A DNA stretch of 64,000 nt, taken from sequence record NC_048047.1; one strand, written 5' to 3'. The position numbers and the translations under genes were made by a program. Shown here in pieces: positions 61,730-64,000 of this stretch. The notes under the pieces were generated by a model, which was given only the letters and a program-made list of their open reading frames with translations, had not been told where the DNA came from and searched no databases. Positions within the stretch are counted from its first letter, which is position 1, and each line of letters opens with the position of its first letter.

Positions 61730-62365
61730 ATGCGCGTCTCTCCCGCAGGTCTGGCCCTGATCCAGGCCTGGGAAGGCATCGAAGACGGCGATCCGTCGAC
61801 GGTCCTTCTCGACCCCTATATCGACATGGTCGGCATCTACACCATCGGCTGGGGCCACGTGCTGCTCACGCCCGCTGGCCAGCAGATCAACATCAACGTC
61901 TTCGGCCGCGCCAAGGCCAAGACCCTGGCCACCCAGGCGATGATCCGTATGTTTGGCGTTCCAGCGATCACGCGCGAGAAGGCCGAGGAACTGCTTCGCG
62001 CCGACATCGTCTCGTTCGAGAACGCCGTGGCCGGCATGGTCGCCAAGGACACCACGCAAAACCAGTTCGACGCCATGGTCGCCTTTGCGTTCAACGTGGG
62101 CAAGACGGGCCTGTCCAAGTCGTCGCTGCTGCGGCTCCACAACGCCGGCAAGCGCGCCGTGGGCACGCTCGACGTCGCCAACCTGATCGCCACCTCCAAG
62201 GCTCAGAAGGCGCCGACCAACATCCCGCAAGGCTTCACCTCCTGGTCGTATGCGGCCAAGAAGTGGACCCGTGGCCTGTTCCGTCGCCGCTGCTCCGAAG
62301 CCCTGGTCTATGGCGGCATGCCCGGCGCCCAGGCCTTCAAGCAGGTCCAGGCCTATGCCGCCTAA
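61730..62365 (+). CDS. Endolysin, GH24 phage lysozyme
   Basis: GLALIQAWEG...YIDMVGIYTIGWGH, QFDAMV.F.FNVG and GLFRRR. Confidence 0.95.
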   Translation: MRVSPAGLALIQAWEGIEDGDPSTVLLDPYIDMVGIYTIGWGHVLLTPAGQQININVFGRAKAKTLATQAMIRMFGVPAITREKAEELLRADIVSFENAVAGMVAKDTTQNQFDAMVAFAFNVGKTGLSKSSLLRLHNAGKRAVGTLDVANLIATSKAQKAPTNIPQGFTSWSYAAKKWTRGLFRRRCSEALVYGGMPGAQAFKQVQAYAA

Positions 62366-62666
62366 CCGCCGCCTGAGCGAGAATTCGGTCAGCCGTGTTC
62401 GCCGGGCGATCTTCGCCTTCTTCCTGACGCTGCTCTGCTGGGCCAGCATCATGACTCTGGCGCGCTTCCCGGTCCCGGTCAACCAGGAGATCGTCAACAA
62501 GGCGATCGACACCCTGGGCTTCTTCGCCACCGCCATCGGTCTGGGCTACATTGGTGGCTCTGTCGTCGACTTCTCGGGAATGTTCAGCGCGATCGGCGGC
62601 AAGTTCGGCATCAGCATCCCGCAGGCCCAGCCCCAACCCCGCAACGACGAGATCGGAGGCGTCTAA
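62355..62666 (+). CDS. Putative holin (103 aa, 2 hydrophobic helices)
   Basis: Overlaps the endolysin end; AIFAFFLTLLCWASIM and FFATAIGLGYIGGSVV hydrophobic segments. Confidence 0.7.
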   Translation: MPPNRRLSENSVSRVRRAIFAFFLTLLCWASIMTLARFPVPVNQEIVNKAIDTLGFFATAIGLGYIGGSVVDFSGMFSAIGGKFGISIPQAQPQPRNDEIGGV

Positions 62667-63196
62667 TGCTTGGCTTCCTCTTTGGACACTTCGATCTCCT
62701 GGGATTCATCTTCGGGCATCCGAAGGTGATCCTAGGCGTCATCGTCCTGGCCTTGGCCGCCGGCCTGATCATCTTCAAGGGCGCGTTTCTGAAGTTCATC
62801 ACCAACGCCCGCGTGCTGTTGGTGATCGCCGTCGCCGTCGGCGTCCTGTCGGTGGCGAGCGTCAGGCGGGACATGGCCACGCTTGAAGCCAAGAACGCCC
62901 ATTTGACCGAGCAGGTCCAGGCCGTCACCGACGGCGCCAAGGCCGTCACCCATAAATCCGAGGCGCAGCGCGTGAACGCCCAAAACACCGCGCGCCTGCA
63001 CGAGGTAATTTCCCATGCAAAGCCCGACCAAGCCCTCGACGACGTCCTCGACGAGATCGCCCTTCAGCAAGGCCAGAACGTCCCTGGCGGCGCTGGCGGT
63101 GATCCTGTCGCTCAGCCTGTCGGCGTGCGCAACGACGTCCCAGCCGCCCATCAGCCCGGAAGCATTGATCCCAACGACATTGACCGTCTGCGCTGA
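62666..63196 (+). CDS. Inner-membrane spanin (Rz-like)
   Basis: N-terminal transmembrane segments followed by a coiled coil; position in the lysis cassette. Confidence 0.75.
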   Translation: MLGFLFGHFDLLGFIFGHPKVILGVIVLALAAGLIIFKGAFLKFITNARVLLVIAVAVGVLSVASVRRDMATLEAKNAHLTEQVQAVTDGAKAVTHKSEAQRVNAQNTARLHEVISHAKPDQALDDVLDEIALQQGQNVPGGAGGDPVAQPVGVRNDVPAAHQPGSIDPNDIDRLR

Positions 63197-63401
63197 CGCG
63201 CCGAAGGTCCCTGAACGGATCAGCCCCGGTGAACCGCGTTCCGACGCGGCCCAGGCCAACTACGTCGTGGGCCTCTATGACGCCTACAAGGACTGCAAGT
63301 CCACCGTTGAGGCCGTCAAGGTCCGACGCCAGTCCCTGGATCAGCGCGAGTTCGAGGCCAAGCCCTGGTACCAACGCCTGTTCAAGAAGGCGCCCAAATG
63401 A
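63015..63401 (+). CDS. Outer-membrane spanin lipoprotein (Rz1-like)
   Basis: Overlaps the i-spanin in another frame; lipobox LSLSA-C; Pro-rich. Confidence 0.8.
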   Translation: MQSPTKPSTTSSTRSPFSKARTSLAALAVILSLSLSACATTSQPPISPEALIPTTLTVCADAPKVPERISPGEPRSDAAQANYVVGLYDAYKDCKSTVEAVKVRRQSLDQREFEAKPWYQRLFKKAPK

Positions 63402-63730
63402 TCCCGCATCTCCGACAAGACCCTGACGATCTCCTGGCGCGCATCGCTGCACTGGAGGCCGAGGTCGAGAAGCTGAAGAACGCCCTGTTCCTCCGCCATC
63501 CCGACCCCGTGATCCCGCTGCCGGCCCGGCCGATCCCCTCGCCCATGGTGCCATACACGCCCCAACCGTTCGATTATCCGACGGTCGTGCCGATGACGCC
63601 CATGGTGCCGCTACAGCCGGGCTTCCCCAACTACCCGTCGTATCCGAGTCTGGACCCGACGACGCCTTACGCGCCCTGGCTCACGCCCATCACCATCTGC
63701 GCGGCCACCAGCGCCTCGGACGCGGCGTAG
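63398..63730 (+). CDS. Pro-rich hypothetical protein (110 aa)
   Basis: ATGA overlap with the o-spanin; short coiled coil followed by low-complexity Pro sequence. Confidence 0.55.
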   Translation: MIPHLRQDPDDLLARIAALEAEVEKLKNALFLRHPDPVIPLPARPIPSPMVPYTPQPFDYPTVVPMTPMVPLQPGFPNYPSYPSLDPTTPYAPWLTPITICAATSASDAA

Positions 63731-64000
63731 GCCGCGCCCCGCGCTTCGATCGCCTTCAGATAGTCCTCGCCGGTCAGGAAGACTTCGACGTTTTCCTGGT
63801 CGTCGCCCTTTTTGATGTCCTTCATGTTGGACTTCAGGACCGACGCGTGTTTGGTCAGCATATCCATCTCGCCGGAGCCGTCGCGCTTGATGACCTCCGT
63901 GCGGACGGCGCCGGCGGTCTTGCGGACGTCTTCGATCGGGCGGTCGATCAGGACGTAGGCCACCTTGACGCCCTTGGGCGCCAATTTGGCGAGCGCCACG
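63667..64000 (-). CDS. C-terminal part of a minus-strand gene starting beyond the window
   Basis: Good codon bias on the minus strand; open at the window edge. Confidence 0.7.
   Translation of the reverse strand, partial: VALAKLAPKGVKVAYVLIDRPIEDVRKTAGAVRTEVIKRDGSGEMDMLTKHASVLKSNMKDIKKGDDQENVEVFLTGEDYLKAIEARGAAYAASEALVAAQMVMGVSQGA

Noticed and set aside
1-64000. tRNA-Met/Cys, rRNA, integrase, transposase or CRISPR-Cas
   Set aside because: None recognised in this window by eye; a tRNAscan-SE/HMM run would be needed to exclude highly divergent copies.

Overview
64 kb of the virion-morphogenesis arm of a large, high-GC siphophage genome. Gene order and content resemble the phiCbK-like Caulobacter/Brevundimonas phages; this is an inference from synteny and protein motifs, with no database search run. 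Left to right: (1) paralogous virion-type genes and a 2748-aa Gly-rich/LamG protein (1-15.0 kb); (2) an accessory region (15.0-28.0 kb) with 24 tRNA genes in three main arrays plus a pair, a minimal class II aminoacyl-tRNA-synthetase-like gene, an approx. 865-nt promoter-and-terminator-bounded structured non-coding transcript and a cadherin-repeat protein; (3) phoH, head-tail joining genes, tail tube, frameshifted tail chaperone, tape measure protein with an internal lysozyme domain, GTA-like tail-tip genes with a duplicated hub gene, and two tail fibres; (4) six glycan-modification genes; (5) an endolysin/holin/spanin cassette. Main discovery: the two large tRNA arrays are each preceded by a short leader ORF built almost entirely from codons read by the tRNAs just downstream. 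The leader of the third array overlaps a textbook 1:2 / 2:3 / 3:4 attenuator, suggesting ribosome-stalling-controlled, on-demand expression of phage tRNA sets.
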